This document shows, in pieces, positions 50,167 through 63,159 of a stretch of 64,000 bases of DNA (positions are counted from its first letter, which is position 1; each line of letters begins with the position of its first letter). A model generated the notes under the pieces. The model was not told the DNA's origin. It made no database searches and saw only the letters and a program-made list of their open reading frames with translations. Both the position numbers and the translations under genes were made by a program. The DNA is from Malacoraja senta (taxonomy: Eukaryota): assembly GCA_038087875.1 (NCBI GenBank), contig CM075988.1, positions 7,814,001-7,878,000 of the forward strand. The letters are read 5' to 3'.

Positions 50167-51049
50167 TTACTCTTTGAAAAAATTTAGAATGATGGACCCT
50201 TTCACTTTGTTGTTCAGTGGCCTTCTCTGTCCTGGGGTAAACCATCTCACCTTATCACCTTCCCACATTTCCCTCATCCAGAGGGAAAGATATTTTACAC
50301 TATTTAGAAACAAAATAACAATGTATAAGGTATAGATCCTAATTGTGTGACTGCTTATTTCAGTGCTGCTTCATTGAAAATTAACTTTAGGTGGAGAAAT
50401 TCAACAATGACCATTTCCAGGTCATTTCGAGTCACTCTGGGAATGTTAGCCTGGGCACTTTCAAGCAGTTGTGTGTCACGCTGGATTTCAGAGCATCTCT
50501 GAGGAAACCAGAGTACCTGGAAAACCCTGTTTGCAGTCACGGGGATAATGTGCAAACATCACCCAGGCAGCACCTGAGGTCCGGATCGAAACCGGGTCTC
50601 TGGCGCTGTGAGGTAGTGGCATTAGCAGCTGCGCCACCGTGCTGCCCAGATGAGGAAGAATTATTTTGTACAGAGGGCGTGTATGAACTTTCTGTTTGTT
50701 TCGGCAGGTTGAGTATAGTCCTCTGATATCAATAGATTTTGGAGGCAGTTGGAGGAATTTGCAATTGGGTGGATAAAAGAAAAAAGTGAATAAGGCAATC
50801 ATTTCGTTGGGAAACTTAACAGGCTGAATGAATGACTCCAGCTTCTATTTCCAATGTTCTCCGCAGTGGTCTGATTGAATGACAGAACGAAGCGGAGACT
50901 GGTTCTTTTACCGTGTCTCTGTAGGGTGAAATCACAGATGGTTCCTTCACAATGGACCACACAGTGGTGCGGAGCAGAGCAGACTCGATGGGCTGAATGG
51001 CCTAATTCTGCTCCTGTGTCTTATGGCCTTATGACCTTCTGAACAGTAG

Positions 51050-52120
51050 GGATTAACGGGTCACAAAGAGTAGGGATTAACGGGTCCATTTCAGAATGGC
51101 AGGCAGTGACTAGTGGGGTACCGCAAGGCTCGGTGCTGGGACCGCAGCTATTTACAATATACATTAATCATTTAGATGAAGGGATTAAAAGTAACATTAG
51201 CAAATTTGCAGATGACACAAAGTTGGGTGGCAGTGTGAACTGTGAGGTGGATGCTATGAGGATGCAGGGTGACTTGGACAGGTTGGGTGAGTGGGCAGAT
51301 GCAGTTTAATGTGGATAAATGTGAGGTTAGAAACATGAAAGAACAGGAAGGCAGATTATTATCTGAATGGTGTCAAGTTGGGAAAAGGGGAAGTACAATG
51401 AGATCTGGGGGTCCTTGTTCATCAGTCACTGAAAGTATGCATGCAGGTACAGCAGGCAGTGAAGAAAGCTAATAGCATGTTGGCTTTCATAACAAGAGAA
51501 GTTGAGTATAGGAGCAAAGAGGTCCTTCTGCAGTTGTACAGGGCCCTAGCGAGACCACACCTGGAGCATTGTGTGCAGTTTTGGTCTCCAAATTTGTGGA
51601 AGGACATTCTTGCTATTGAGGGAGTGCAGCGTAGGTTCACGAGATTAATTCCCGGGATGGCGGGACTGTCATATGTTGATAGAATGGAGCGGCTGGGCTT
51701 GTATACTCTGGAATTTAGAAGGATGAGAGGGTATCTTATTGAAACATATAAGATTATAAGATTATTAAGGGTTTGGACACGCTAGAGGCAGGAACCATGT
51801 TCCCGATGTTAGGGGTCCAGAACCAGGGGCCACAGTTTTAGAATCAGGGGTAAGCCATTTAGAACAGAGATGAGGAAAAACCTTTTTGCACAGAGCGCTG
51901 TGAATCTGTGAAATTCTCTGCCTCAGAGGGCGGTGGAGGCCGGTTCTATGAATGCTTTCAAGAGAGAGTTAGATAGAGCTCTTAACGATAGCGGAGTCAG
52001 AGGATATGGGCAGAAGGCAGGAACGGGGTACTGATTGTGGATGATCAGCCATTATCACTGTGAATGGCGGTGCTGGCTCGAAGGGCCGAATAGGCCCACT
52101 CCTGCACCTATTGTCTTGAT
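51050..52120 (+). mobile_element. CR1 LINE fragment from RT to 3' end, frameshifted
   Basis: TSGVPQGSVLGP, SKFADDTKL, LYRALARPHLEHCVQFWSP. Confidence 0.9.
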
Positions 52121-53749
52121 TAGTACAGGGGAGAAGGCAGGAAACTGGGGCTAGGAGGGAGAGATAGATCAGCCATGATTGAATGGCTGAGTAGACTTGA
52201 TGGGCCGAATGGCCTAATTCTACTCCAGTTCCTTATGACCTCTTGTGAACTTGTAGAGTTGTCCACATATTTTTCCTGTTCAATTAAATGGTTTCCTTGT
52301 GCTTTGATCCCAGTCTTGGGATCGCTCTCCGGCCCTCATCGGCAAGGCTCTGAAGGCTCCACCACCAAGATTTGCCCCCCGATTGATTGAAATAAACAGG
52401 CCATTCGGCCCTCCGGGTCCATGCCGACCATCGACCAACCGTTCAGGCTAGTTCTATGTTATTGAACATTTGCATCCACTACCTGCAAATTAGGGGGAAT
52501 TTACAGAGGGCCAATTAACCTCCAAACTGGCACGTCTTTGGGACGTGTGAGGAAATCAGATCACCCAGTGGAAACCCGCGCGGTCACAGGAAGAACGTAC
52601 AAAATTCACACAGATAGCACGCGAGGTCAGGATCGAACCTGGGTCTCTGGCGCTGTGAGGCAGCAGCTCTACCAGCTGCGCCACTGTGCCGCCCCTATTC
52701 CACATTAGTGTTGGCACTCACCATCAGATCATACTCCGTCAGTGGAGACTGGCGCACGATCAGGGCGCACCAGTGTGGCAGGCCCACGCACTCCCCAATA
52801 ACACAAGGAGTTAAAAGCCATCCTTCCTGCAGCAGACTGTGAACAATTTTGACAGAAAGCTTATTGAACGTGCTTCTGCCAACCTGGCTGCGGGCGTCTT
52901 TCCAACACCGCCTGGGGTTAAAAAGAGAGTGACAGACAAAGCAAACCTTGTTCGGGGACCTGCAGCAGTTCAGCTGTTCCCTGTGTGGAAAGTCAGAGAC
53001 ACAGCAGGTCCTATCTCCTTGGAAGAATTCATCCATTATGTGTGCTTTTAGCCAGAGCATTATGGTGAAGTGGAACAGATAGACTTAGGGAGGTGGAAAC
53101 AAAGGGACACTTTACAGGCAGATTAAACTAAGCACTGTGGTGAGCCTCTACCCACACACTGCACTGAAAACGGTTGGCGCAGCAAAGGGCTGAAGCGGAA
53201 ATGCTTTCAGATATCTTTACGGCAACAAAAAAAAAGTTGTTGAGAATGTTTCGGAGACTTAGGTTGCCCAGGCCACCGGCATTCCTGAAACGCACACTCA
53301 GCGGTCCCTGAATGTAGCAACCCCACATGTCAGGATGATCACTGCAGACAGTGAATTAGTGTTTGCGCAGGAATCCCAACCAGAAGCTGATCGCAGGCTG
53401 ACAGTACCCATGGTTTGCGACCTTTCTCTGGTCAGCGTGGGCTCTCCTAATGTTTCGGGGGGTTTTTAGTTTAGAGATACAGAGCGGAAACGTGCCCTTC
53501 GACCCACCGAGTCCGCGCCGACCCTGCACAATAACACTACCCTACGCACACGAGGGCCAATGTCACATTTTTATACCAAGCCAAGTAACCTACAAACCTG
53601 TACGTCTTTGGAGTGTTCTGCTTTTTTTTGGCAGAGGGTATGTAAGGGCAGGGACAGGGAAATAGGTTGCCAATGCCACAGCTGATGAATGTCTAAATCA
53701 GGATTTTGTTTCTGGATTTAGTTTAGAGATACAGCGTGGAAACGGCCCA

Positions 53750-55390
53750 TCCAGTCTACTCCACCATTCAATCATGACTGATCTATCTTTCTCTCTCAAC
53801 CCCATCCTTCATTTCTCCCGCCATTACTCTTGAAATCGTTACTAATCAAGAATCTGTCAATCTGCTCCTGAAAAATAGCCAATGACAGTCTCCACAGCCA
53901 CCTGTGGCAATGAATTCCACAGACTCACCACCCTCTGACTAAAGAAATTCATCCTCATCTCCTTTCTAAAGGTACGTCCTTTTATTCTAAGGCTGTGCCC
54001 TCTGGTCTTAGACTCTCCCACTAGTGGAAACAACCTCTCCACATCCACTTATCCAGGTCTTTCTCCCAGAGTGTGATGGGTGGCTGGAACGCTCTACCAG
54101 GGGTGGCCATAGAGTCATAGAGTGATACAGTGTGGAAACAGGCCCTTCGGCCTAACTTGCCCACACGGGCTGACACGTCCCAGCTACACTGGTCTCACCT
54201 GCCCGCATTTGACCCATATCCCTGCAAAACTGTCCTATCCATGCACCTGTCTAACTGTTTCTTAAACGTTGGAATAGTCCCTGCCTCAGCTACCTCCTCT
54301 GGCAGCTTGTGTGAAAAAGCTAACCCTCATATCCCATTAAATCTTCTCCTCTTCACCTTAAACCTCTTGTCCTCGATTCACCTACTTTGGGCAAGAGTGT
54401 GCATCTACCCGATATATTCCTCTCATGATTTTATACACTTCTATAAGATCACCCTGTGCTCCAAAGAATAGTACCGGCCTACTCAAGAGGTAGTGGTGGA
54501 GGCAGATAATATTGGCGTTTAAGAGGCTTTTAGATAGGCATATGGATACACAGGGAATGGAGGGATATGGCATCATATTTGACACATTGGAGGCTGACGG
54601 GCCTGTTCTTGTGTTCTTCTGTTTGTGTTCTATGTTCACATTTCTTTAGTACCTGTGGCTGAAAACTATCACATCGTCTTGTACTTTGTTTTTTTTTTCA
54701 ATCTCGTCGCTAATTTTCAGTGAAGACCAGTAAAGCTTTGACCATTGGTTCATGTTAGTGATTCTTTCTGCCTTCATTCTGCTTGACATTGAAGTTGTGT
54801 TGTAGTTCGCATGGAATGGGCCCACTTTTCAGAGATCCCCTTGGACTATTGGAGCTATAAAGAGAGGGATGTGAAAAGGGGACACAGAGTTGACCATTCA
54901 ACTCTGAGACTATTCAGATATCCATTTGCATCAGCTAGCTATATTCCCTAACTGCTTACTCTACAGGGAGAGGTTAAGCAGGCTAGGACTCTATCCCTTG
55001 GAGCGCAGGAGGATGAAGAGTGATCTTTATAGGTGTACAAAATCACAAGAGGATTAGATGAGAAGAACGCACAGAGTCTCTTACCAAGCGTAGGGGAATT
55101 GAGAACCAGAGGACATAGGTTTAAGATGAGGGGGGATAGATTTAATGGGAACCTGAAGAGTAACTTTTTTACACAAAGGGTGGTGGGTGTATGGAACGAG
55201 CTGCTCCCGGAGGAGGTCGTTGCAGCAGGTACCTTTGCAAAGTTTAAGAAACATTTAGACAGGTACATGGATATGATAGGTTTAAAAGGATATGGGCCAA
55301 ATGTGGTGGGGCTAGTGTAGATAGGACATATTGATCGATGTGGACAAGTTGGGCTGGAGGGCCTGTTTTCACGATGTATGACTCTATGAC
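53750..55390. mobile_element. Cluster of CR1 3' fragments in both orientations
   Basis: RTRGHRFK/FFTQRVV-type peptides in ORFs 53857-54048 and 55033-55320. Confidence 0.75.
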
Positions 55391-58300
55391 TCCTTACCCC
55401 TTCTGTCTCTCCACCAGTCCTTTGCCCCTTCCCACTCCCTTTTTTCTCCATTAAACAGTCCTATTGTCAAATTGCTCAACTTATTATGTTGCCCAGTGTA
55501 TATGAAACTATCCTTTCTCCAATATCTAGAAAGTGAAACATTGTCCTGGACTACGATTCATTTGGACGACGAAGCCGTATCCATTGGCATTAGAGGTTTT
55601 AGTTGAATCCTGTCTAATTCTGTCACCCAGTTGATTGTGATGAGCAGCCACAGAGTAGAAATGAGATTGAGATTTTATATTTTCTCAGTGAATTTAGTTT
55701 AGTTTAGAGCTACAGTGTGGAAACAGGCTCTTTGGCCCACCGAGTCCGCATCGAGCAGCGATCCCCACACACTAACACTACACTACACACTAGGGACAAT
55801 TGACATTTATACCAACCCAATTAACCTACAAACCTGTACGTCTTTGGGGTGTGGGAGGAAACCGAAGATCTCGGAGAAAACCTACATAGTGAGAACGTAC
55901 AACCTCCGTACAGACAGCACCTGTGGTCGGGATTGAACTCGTGTCTCTGGCGCTGCAAACACTGTAAGGCAGCAACTCTACCGCTGCACCACCTTTAGGT
56001 TGAAAGATGAAATCAACTTTCCTCATTTGTTCTTGTCTTCCTGAACATGCAACACAGCAGGATACAGGGGAAACAACGCTGGGTGTTTGCACAGATTCTG
56101 TGGGGCCTCACTGTAAAATAAAATTATTTGGCTCAGAGTTCTCTGGTATAATGGTATAATGTTCCTGCATATTTACCTCTCACTTTGGAAACGTAATAAT
56201 GGTGGTAATCTGACACTAACTGTAATTACCTCAGTGCCAATGGTTTATACCATTAAACACAATGCCGTGTGATTACACCAATTAAATCAATTTACTTTTA
56301 AAATAGAACAGGTACAGAACTGAAATCATACAACAGAATCAGTCTCTAGACGCCTCAGGATATTACATATGAAAATAATTTTACATATGAAATGCCATAT
56401 TCTGCACTAGCAGTTTTTAATATTTTGCAAGGCCACAGTGTCCATGATATACTAATCCTACAAATATTTCATGATGTAGCCCGGTGGCTGTATTAAAAGT
56501 CTTGGCTTTTGTTTCTGACTTCCCATTTATTATCTGTAAGATTATTGAAACAATCAGTTTGAGATGATGACATTGGATCAGCGAGGGCTTTTCCACTCTT
56601 TTCAAACCGAAAGAGTTTTGCGAACCTTCTCTGGAAAATGTCTGTAACCACCTTGTGCCCGTGGGATGTGTTTAAATCGGCAGCTGATAGTACAGTCAAG
56701 CGCTGCCATCTCTAGGAAGCTCGTGGTAAACCCAGTGTTGGTCTCATTGAATAAACCCGAACCATTTGCGAGATATAGAAACATGGAACTGCAGATGCTG
56801 GTTTATACCGAAGATCACCAACTGCTGGAGAAACTCAGCGGGTCACGCAGCATTTCTGGTGCAAAGAAATGGGTTACCTATTGTATAGGAAGGAACTGCA
56901 GAGGCTGGTTTAAACCAAAGATAGACACAAAAAGCTGGAGAAACTCAGCGGGACAGGCAGCATCTCTAGGGAAAAGCAATAGGTCACCTATCCATTTTCT
57001 CCAGAGATGTTGCCTGATCCGCTGAGTTTTACTTTAGACTTGGACTTGGAGATACAGCATGGAAACAGGCCCACCAAGTACGCACCACCCAGTGGTCACC
57101 CCATACACTAACAGTATCCTACGCGCTAGGGTAAATGTTACAATTTTACTCCTTTACTTTAGGTGACGTTTCGGTTCGGAAGAAGCCAACGAAGGGTTCT
57201 GACCTGAAATGTCCCTGTTGCTTTTCTCCAGAGATGCTGCTTGACCCGCTGAGTTACTCCAGCAGTTTGAGTCTAACCCAAACCAATTGAGAGATATAGT
57301 AACAAGAAACTGCAGAGTGTTTTGGAGTAACTCAGCAGATCAGGCTGCATCTCAGGAGAATATGGGCAGGTGACATTTCATGTCGGGACCCTTCTTCAGA
57401 ATGGAGAAGCCCTTGATCATGACCGATAATTACTCCAGCACTTTGTGTCTTCTTTCCCCAAAACATTTGAGCTACATGGAACTGCGGATGTTAAAATATT
57501 TAGAAAAACACAAAGTGCTGGAATAACTCAGAGGGCCAAATATTATTTGGGTCGGGACACTTCTTCAGACTGATTTGAGCTATTTGTTGGGCTACTGTCT
57601 TCAGCTGTTATATGGATTGAACTGCTCTGGCTTACGTGCCCTTGTGAAAATGCCAATGTTTTGTCACTACTTGTAAGGCCAATCATGTAATAGCTCATTT
57701 TAATTTATTGCTATTGTCAGCAGTGGTGGTGTGAAGCCAAGAGGTTGTCTCCCTCCGGTCTGGCCAGGCAGATCCTTTTCAAACCTGTCAACTCCTCATT
57801 GAGCTTCTCCTTTTCCAACTTTTTTACACAAAGGGTGGTGGGTATATGGAATGACATATGAAATAGGGAGGTAGGAGAGGCAGGCACTATCGCAACATTT
57901 AAGAACCATTTAGACAGGTACAAGGATAGGATAGGTTAAGAGGAAGATAGACACAAAAAGCTGGAGTAACTCAACGGGACAGGCAGCGTCACTGGAGGGA
58001 AGGAATTGGTGATGTTTCGGGTCGAGACCCTTCTTCAGATATGGGCTAAGTGCAGGCAGGTGGGGAATGTAGATGGGGAATGCTAGTCGGCGTGGGCAAG
58101 TTGGGCCGAAGGGCTTGTTTTTACACTATATGAGTATCACTGTATAACTGCTGACATCCTCCGTCGCTAGTAATCTACCAGCATCTGACCTTCAACTCAC
58201 CGACCTGTCACCCATTGAGCCAGCGGCCTTTTAGAAAATCAGGTTTATTGTTTCCAATTCCTTGACTATTCTCCTAAAATTCATGGTCTTAGGGTTTGAC

Positions 58301-58464
58301 AAATCCACCACCACCTTCTCTGATCTTTGGTTGCCCGATTGTCAATGTTCCTGGTACAGTGGCCCTTTGATTGTAGAGTATGGTTTTGAGGGCACGCACA
58401 GTAACAGAGGGAACCATTGGAATTTTGCTCAAAGATGAAAGCACCTGCAGTTTCTTGTGTAACC

Positions 58465-58698
58465 GAAGATAGTCACATTCTGGTTTAAACCGAAGATAGA
58501 CACATAAAGCTGGAGTAACTCAGCGGGACAGGCAGCATCTCTGGAGAGAAAGAATGGGTGAAATTACCATCCTGGCATTCGACCCGAAATGTCACCCATT
58601 CCTTGTCTCCAGAGATGCTGCCTGTCCCACTGAGTTACTCCAGAATTATGTGTCTATCTTCAGTTTAAACCAGCATCTGAAGTTCCTTCCTACACGTC
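58465..58698. repeat. Head-to-head hairpin of the Penelope-derived terminal repeat. Similar doublets at about 6487-6618, 11735-11842, 24385-24545, 33989-34135, 35681-35822, 57325-57445, 59210-59350
   Basis: Arms GAAGATAGACAC…GGAGTAACTCAGCGGGACAGGCAGCATCTCTGGAG and the reverse complement; tcttgtgtaacc repeated at 58453-58464 and 58699-58710. Confidence 0.85.
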
Positions 58699-60517
58699 TC
58701 TTGTGTAACCATTGGATGCTCCCTTGGTTCTCCTTCCTATAAATATACTTTATAAATCTCGACGTGCTTTCTTACAGAACTCAATTCTTTCATACCACAC
58801 TTCTCCATCGTGTATTCTAAATATTTTTTGAAGATAAACTTTGAATTTTTAAGTTGTTTTATTCTTGTTTGATGAACTAGTGCGGCAGCTGGATATAACA
58901 GCAGCAGTTTGTAGATGTAATGATGTTAAAGATGCCAGCCCTGTTTCATGAGGGTTTGTGCCCCAGACCAAGAAGAGGTTGTGAAGGTCATAAATCAGCT
59001 GAAAGACAACTAAGCCTCGAGAGAAACAGTATTTGTGCTGGAGTTCTGCAACTTAGTAGAGAGAAGCATCAGGCAGACAGTCACAGCCTTGATTCTCATG
59101 TATTAGTATTGGTTTATTATTGTCCTGTGCACCAAGCTACACTGATAACCTTCCGTTCACGCGCTATCCAGCTGACTCCAATAATACTCTACATGAGCAC
59201 AAAAGATAGACACAAAATGCTGGAGTAACTCAGCATGTCTGGACGCCACTTCTGGAGAAAGGGAATAGGTGATGTTTTGGGTCGAGACCCTTCTGCAGAT
59301 GAGTCCTTTTCTACAGAGATGCTGCTTGACCTGCTGAACCTACTCCAGCAGTCTGTTTATACCTGATCATTACTGGCAATTATTCAGTTATTACCTCCCC
59401 CTACTTTCGCCAAGATTGTGGATCTGTTGTGTGTGTGCTTGGCTTTCCACTTGAGTAAAATGGAGTTTGAGTAACTTTCTAGACTATTTCAAAAGGCAGT
59501 TATCCATGACAGCACATCCAGGCCAAGGTGGATTAGGAAGCATTGCTGAATCAATTGGGTTAAAATGACAAACCGGTAACCTAGAACGTGGAACAGAACA
59601 GCATCCAACCACCATATCCGTGCTGAACAACGGTACTTTATTGTCACATGTACTGAGGTAGAGTGAAATCATATTTATTGTGTACAGTTCAGGAAAAATA
59701 TGACTGTACATAGGCTCAATAATAGTTAAGTATAGTGTACTGGAATAGTACACTGAGACAGTATACAAGAGTCGCCATTTTTCATGATACAAGTCTAAAG
59801 TTGTCATACATGTAGATTTCTTCACCGTTGCCGCACTCCGGACACATTGACCCGCGAACTATTGTCTTTCGTCTCACCCGGCCCCCACTCAATCTTTGGG
59901 CCCCGGGGGCACATCCCCCAGCCGACCTCGTGGCATCCATGCTACATAACATGCTGCCAAGTTAATCTCCTCTGCCTGCATGTGATCCCTACCCCTCCAT
60001 TCCCTGCGTATCTATGTGCCTATCTAAAAGCTTCATCGATGCTGCCTTCACCACCACCACTGAGTGCCTTCCAGGAACCTAAACTCGCTGTATAAAAATA
60101 AAACATTGCCCTGCAAATCTCCTTAAAACTTTCCCCCTCTGGCCCTCTTAAAGCTAGTCCCTTTAGTCTTTGACATTTCCAGGAGAAAAGGTTCTGACCA
60201 TCGATGCTCCTCTAATTTTATATCTATAATATATATCATTTTTTACACAGCTTCATTGTCACATTTACAGGTGATGGAGTTTCAGCTTTGGATTGAGAAT
60301 GCCAGGATGGTAATTTGGTGATAATGAAAAATATTTACTGTGGAGCACTCCTCAAATGTGGACATGAAACTGTTAACGTTCCCATTTAACATTTGTTGCA
60401 CTTAACAGAGGAAGTCTCATGTTCTGGTCCACAGAGTTAGTGCGGTGGAATTGTTTTCTTGGGGTAAACAGCTGACTGAGGAGTGATACGCTCCCCTCGG
60501 CTAGAGTGTGAGCCGTG

Positions 60518-60524
60518 TACTAAC
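60518..60524 (+). promoter_or_regulatory. Branch point TACTAAC
   Basis: Perfect U2-complementary consensus, branch A about 21 nt before the 60544 acceptor. GACTAAC at 61879-61885 precedes the last exon. Confidence 0.75.
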
Positions 60525-60544
60525 ACCATTCTGTCTCACTGCAG

Positions 60545-60720
60545 GTTCATTAACGCCAGGCGACGTATACTGCAGCCAATGCTCGATGCCAGTAATCCTG
60601 ACCCAGCTCCCAAAGCTAAGAAAATCAAATCCCAGCACCGGCCGACTCAGCGCTTCTGGCCCGACTCGATTGCAGCTGGCGTTCTCCAACAGCAAGGAGG
60701 CAATCCCAGCAACCCGGACA
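60545..60720 (+). CDS. PKNOX2: PKNOX2 exon, helix 3 and post-homeodomain region (FINARRRILQPMLDASNPDPAPKAKKIKSQHRPTQRFWPDSIAAGVLQQQGGNPSNPD)
   Basis: ctgcag|g acceptor completes the TGG codon (WFINARRR), donor a|gtaagc; 176 nt, phase 2 to 1. DASNPDPAPKAKKIKSQHRPTQRFWP fits PKNOX2 rather than PKNOX1. Confidence 0.97.
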
Positions 60721-60859
60721 GTAAGCATGCAGTCAGCACTCACCTGACCTGGCACACACCCAGAATCACACCTCCTGCCCTGCACCAGTCTTCTCTCCAG
60801 CTCATAAACTGCACTAGTCTCTGCTTCCTTTCCTGCTTTTCTCTGAACCTTGAATCTTC

Positions 60860-61210
60860 CTCCCTCTATCTCTCACTCTCTCTCCCACTCTCTCTCCCAC
60901 TCTCTCCTTCTGTCTCTCCTTCTGTCTCTCCTTTCTCTCACTGTCTCTCCCTCTGTCTCTCTGTCTCTCCCCCATCCCGTCAGTTCCCCTCCCTCCACCC
61001 TTCACTCCTTCCCCCTCACTCCTCTCCTCCTCTTCCCCTCTCTTTCCTCTTCCCCCTCTTTCTCTCCCCTCTCTCTCCCCTCTCACTCTCTCTCCCCTCT
61101 CTCTATCTCTCCCCCTCTCTCTCCCCCCCTCTCTCCCACACCCTCTCTCCCCTTTCTCTCTTCCCCATCTCTCTCTCTCCCCTACCCCCCTCTCTACCCT
61201 GTCTTTCCCA
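60860..61210. repeat. CT-rich low-complexity polypyrimidine tract in the last intron
   Basis: Directly visible. Confidence 0.9.
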
Positions 61211-61903
61211 TCTTGTTTTTTTCTTAACTTTTTCTCTTACTTCAGTTTTCCCTTTATTTTTCTGTCTCCTCTCTCTCCTCAAACACTCTTTATCCTTCCT
61301 TTCTCTTTCGCAAACCCTTACACTCTTCTTAACCTCCACACACTTGTCTCAACTTCCCTCTCATTCTGTTTCTGTCCACTTTCTTTCAGACCCCTCATTC
61401 TGACTAGTTCTTGCTCTTTAGTGTCTTCCCTCTTCTCTTCGCCAGCCAAGCCCTCTCCCTTTTCCCCGCCATCTCTTTCCGACTCCTCTCATTCCTTCCA
61501 CTCTATTTTCTTTTAATATTTGCTGACTTTAGAGATACAGCGCGGAAACAGGCCCTTCGGCCCACCGAATCTGTGCTGACCATGATCACCCCATACACTG
61601 GCACCATCCTACACAATAGGGACAATTTACAGAGGCCAAATAACCCACAAACCTGCACATCGTTGGAGTGTGCGACGAAGCCAGAGATCCTGGGGAAAAC
61701 CCACGCACTCACAGGGAGAACGTACAAACTCCGTATAGACAGCACCCGTAGTCACAATCAAACCCGGGTCTGTGGAGCTGTAAGGCAGCACCTCTACCGC
61801 TGCGCCACTCTGCCGCCCATGCTTCTCTTCCCTCCGCCCCTTCCATCCCTTCTCTCTGTCCGGGGTCAGAACCGCAGTGACTAACGGGCTGCTTCGCTTC
61901 CAG

Positions 61904-62136
61904 GCACAATGACCACTGCCATGGACAACCTGCAGACTCTCTCCTCCGACACGGCCACCCTTGCCATGCAGCAGGCCATGATGGCCGGCCACGCGGGCGA
62001 CGACTCACTGGACGGGACGGACGAGGAGGAGATAGAGGAGGATGAGGAAGAGGAGGAGGAAGAGGACGACAATGGGGAAATGCAGACGACCAATGTAAAC
62101 GACCTGGGCCTGGACAATAGTGACTCGCTGGACTAA
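61904..62136 (+). CDS. PKNOX2: PKNOX2 terminal coding exon with acidic tail (…MDNLQTLSSDTATLAMQQAMM…EEEEE…LGLDNSDSLD*)
   Basis: cttccag|gc acceptor, phase 1 matches the previous exon, TAA at 62134-62136; resembles the PKNOX2 C-terminus. Confidence 0.95.
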
Positions 62137-62840
62137 GACCGCTGTGCGCACACCGTGGACGCACCGGAAGTCGAGTGTGACCAGCGTGCGGACTGCTTTT
62201 TTAAAAATTAAGTAAAAGACTTTTCTCCAGAAACAGGTCACAATGATGTGACAGTCATAAGAATGAAGGCCCCTGTGTCTAAAATCTATTTTGTGATTAA
62301 CTCTGTATTAATGAATGTTATTGTGAATGTATCCTTCATTTTTTCTTTTGACATTTGTTCTACACTTGTATTTTTTACTTGGCTGCTGGGGTGACTTCCA
62401 CAGCCCGCCTCCCCCCCTCCCCCCCCCACGCCTCCCCCCCACATTGCCCTGGCTTTACACTTGGACTGAAGCTTTTCTTAACACTAGGGGAGGGAGGGTG
62501 GGGCAAACTGGCAAGAATATTCCTCTCAGGCTCTCTCTCGCCCCCTTCGTTTCCCACTGAAATAAACTACGTTTGAAACAAAAAAATGGGTAGGAATTGG
62601 TTGTTGCACTTTCACTTCTGCCCATCCTCCTCTGCACAGTATGTGCACAGGGGGCCCCTCAGACGTTTGATCTCCGGACGTTAGTTCCTGCCCAGGGATA
62701 CCAACTTGGGTTGGATGCATTCCTGGAGCTTTCATCAAATGACTCGGGTCTCCGACAACTCGCCCCCAGTCAGACAGCCTTTTGACGCCCATCTTGTATA
62801 CTTTTATAAATAGTAAATAAAGGCATTCAAAGAAAAGTTT
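62137..62840 (+). other. PKNOX2: Probable PKNOX2 3' UTR
   Basis: Repeat-free, AU-rich sequence after the stop codon; AATAAA at 62561 and 62816. The true end is not determinable from sequence. Confidence 0.6.
62816..62821 (+). terminator. Candidate polyadenylation signal (alternative at 62561-62566)
   Basis: AATAAA with a TGTA about 20 nt upstream and U/GU-rich sequence downstream. Confidence 0.5.
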
Positions 62841-63159
62841 AAAAAAAACATTAGTCTTTTCAATACCCTTACAACTTTTCTCCTGGCTCTTATTCGTGAC
62901 TGTGTGCCGTAGGTTAATGTTTTGTTCAGTGGAATCTCCGATGTAGACGACTCTCATCCCAAAACATGACCTCATTTCAATTTAATATTTTGCTTGAAGA
63001 AAATGTTGCTGTCGCTCTTCTATATGCCGATAACGCCAAATGTTGAGACACAAGGAACTGCAGATCTGGAGTCTTGCCTAGTGCTGGAGTAACTCAGCAA
63101 ACCAGGCAGCACCTCTGGAGGACAAGGAAAGGCTTTTGAGTTGGAGCCCATCTTCCGAG

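Noticed and set aside
51046..51086. Local duplication agtagggattaacgggtc
   Set aside because: Ordinary duplication at a CR1 5' truncation junction.
52695..53450. Possible extra exon or gene in GC-moderate unique sequence
   Set aside because: ORFs are short with no recognisable homology, and the flanking exons already join in frame through the split TGG codon.
60483..61403. 306-aa ORF containing FINARRR
   Set aside because: It is the real exon 60545-60720 read through its GT donor into a CT-rich low-complexity intron.
25043..62136. Assignment to MEIS or PKNOX1
   Set aside because: Post-homeodomain and C-terminal sequences fit PKNOX2 as I recall it; a reciprocal BLAST would confirm.
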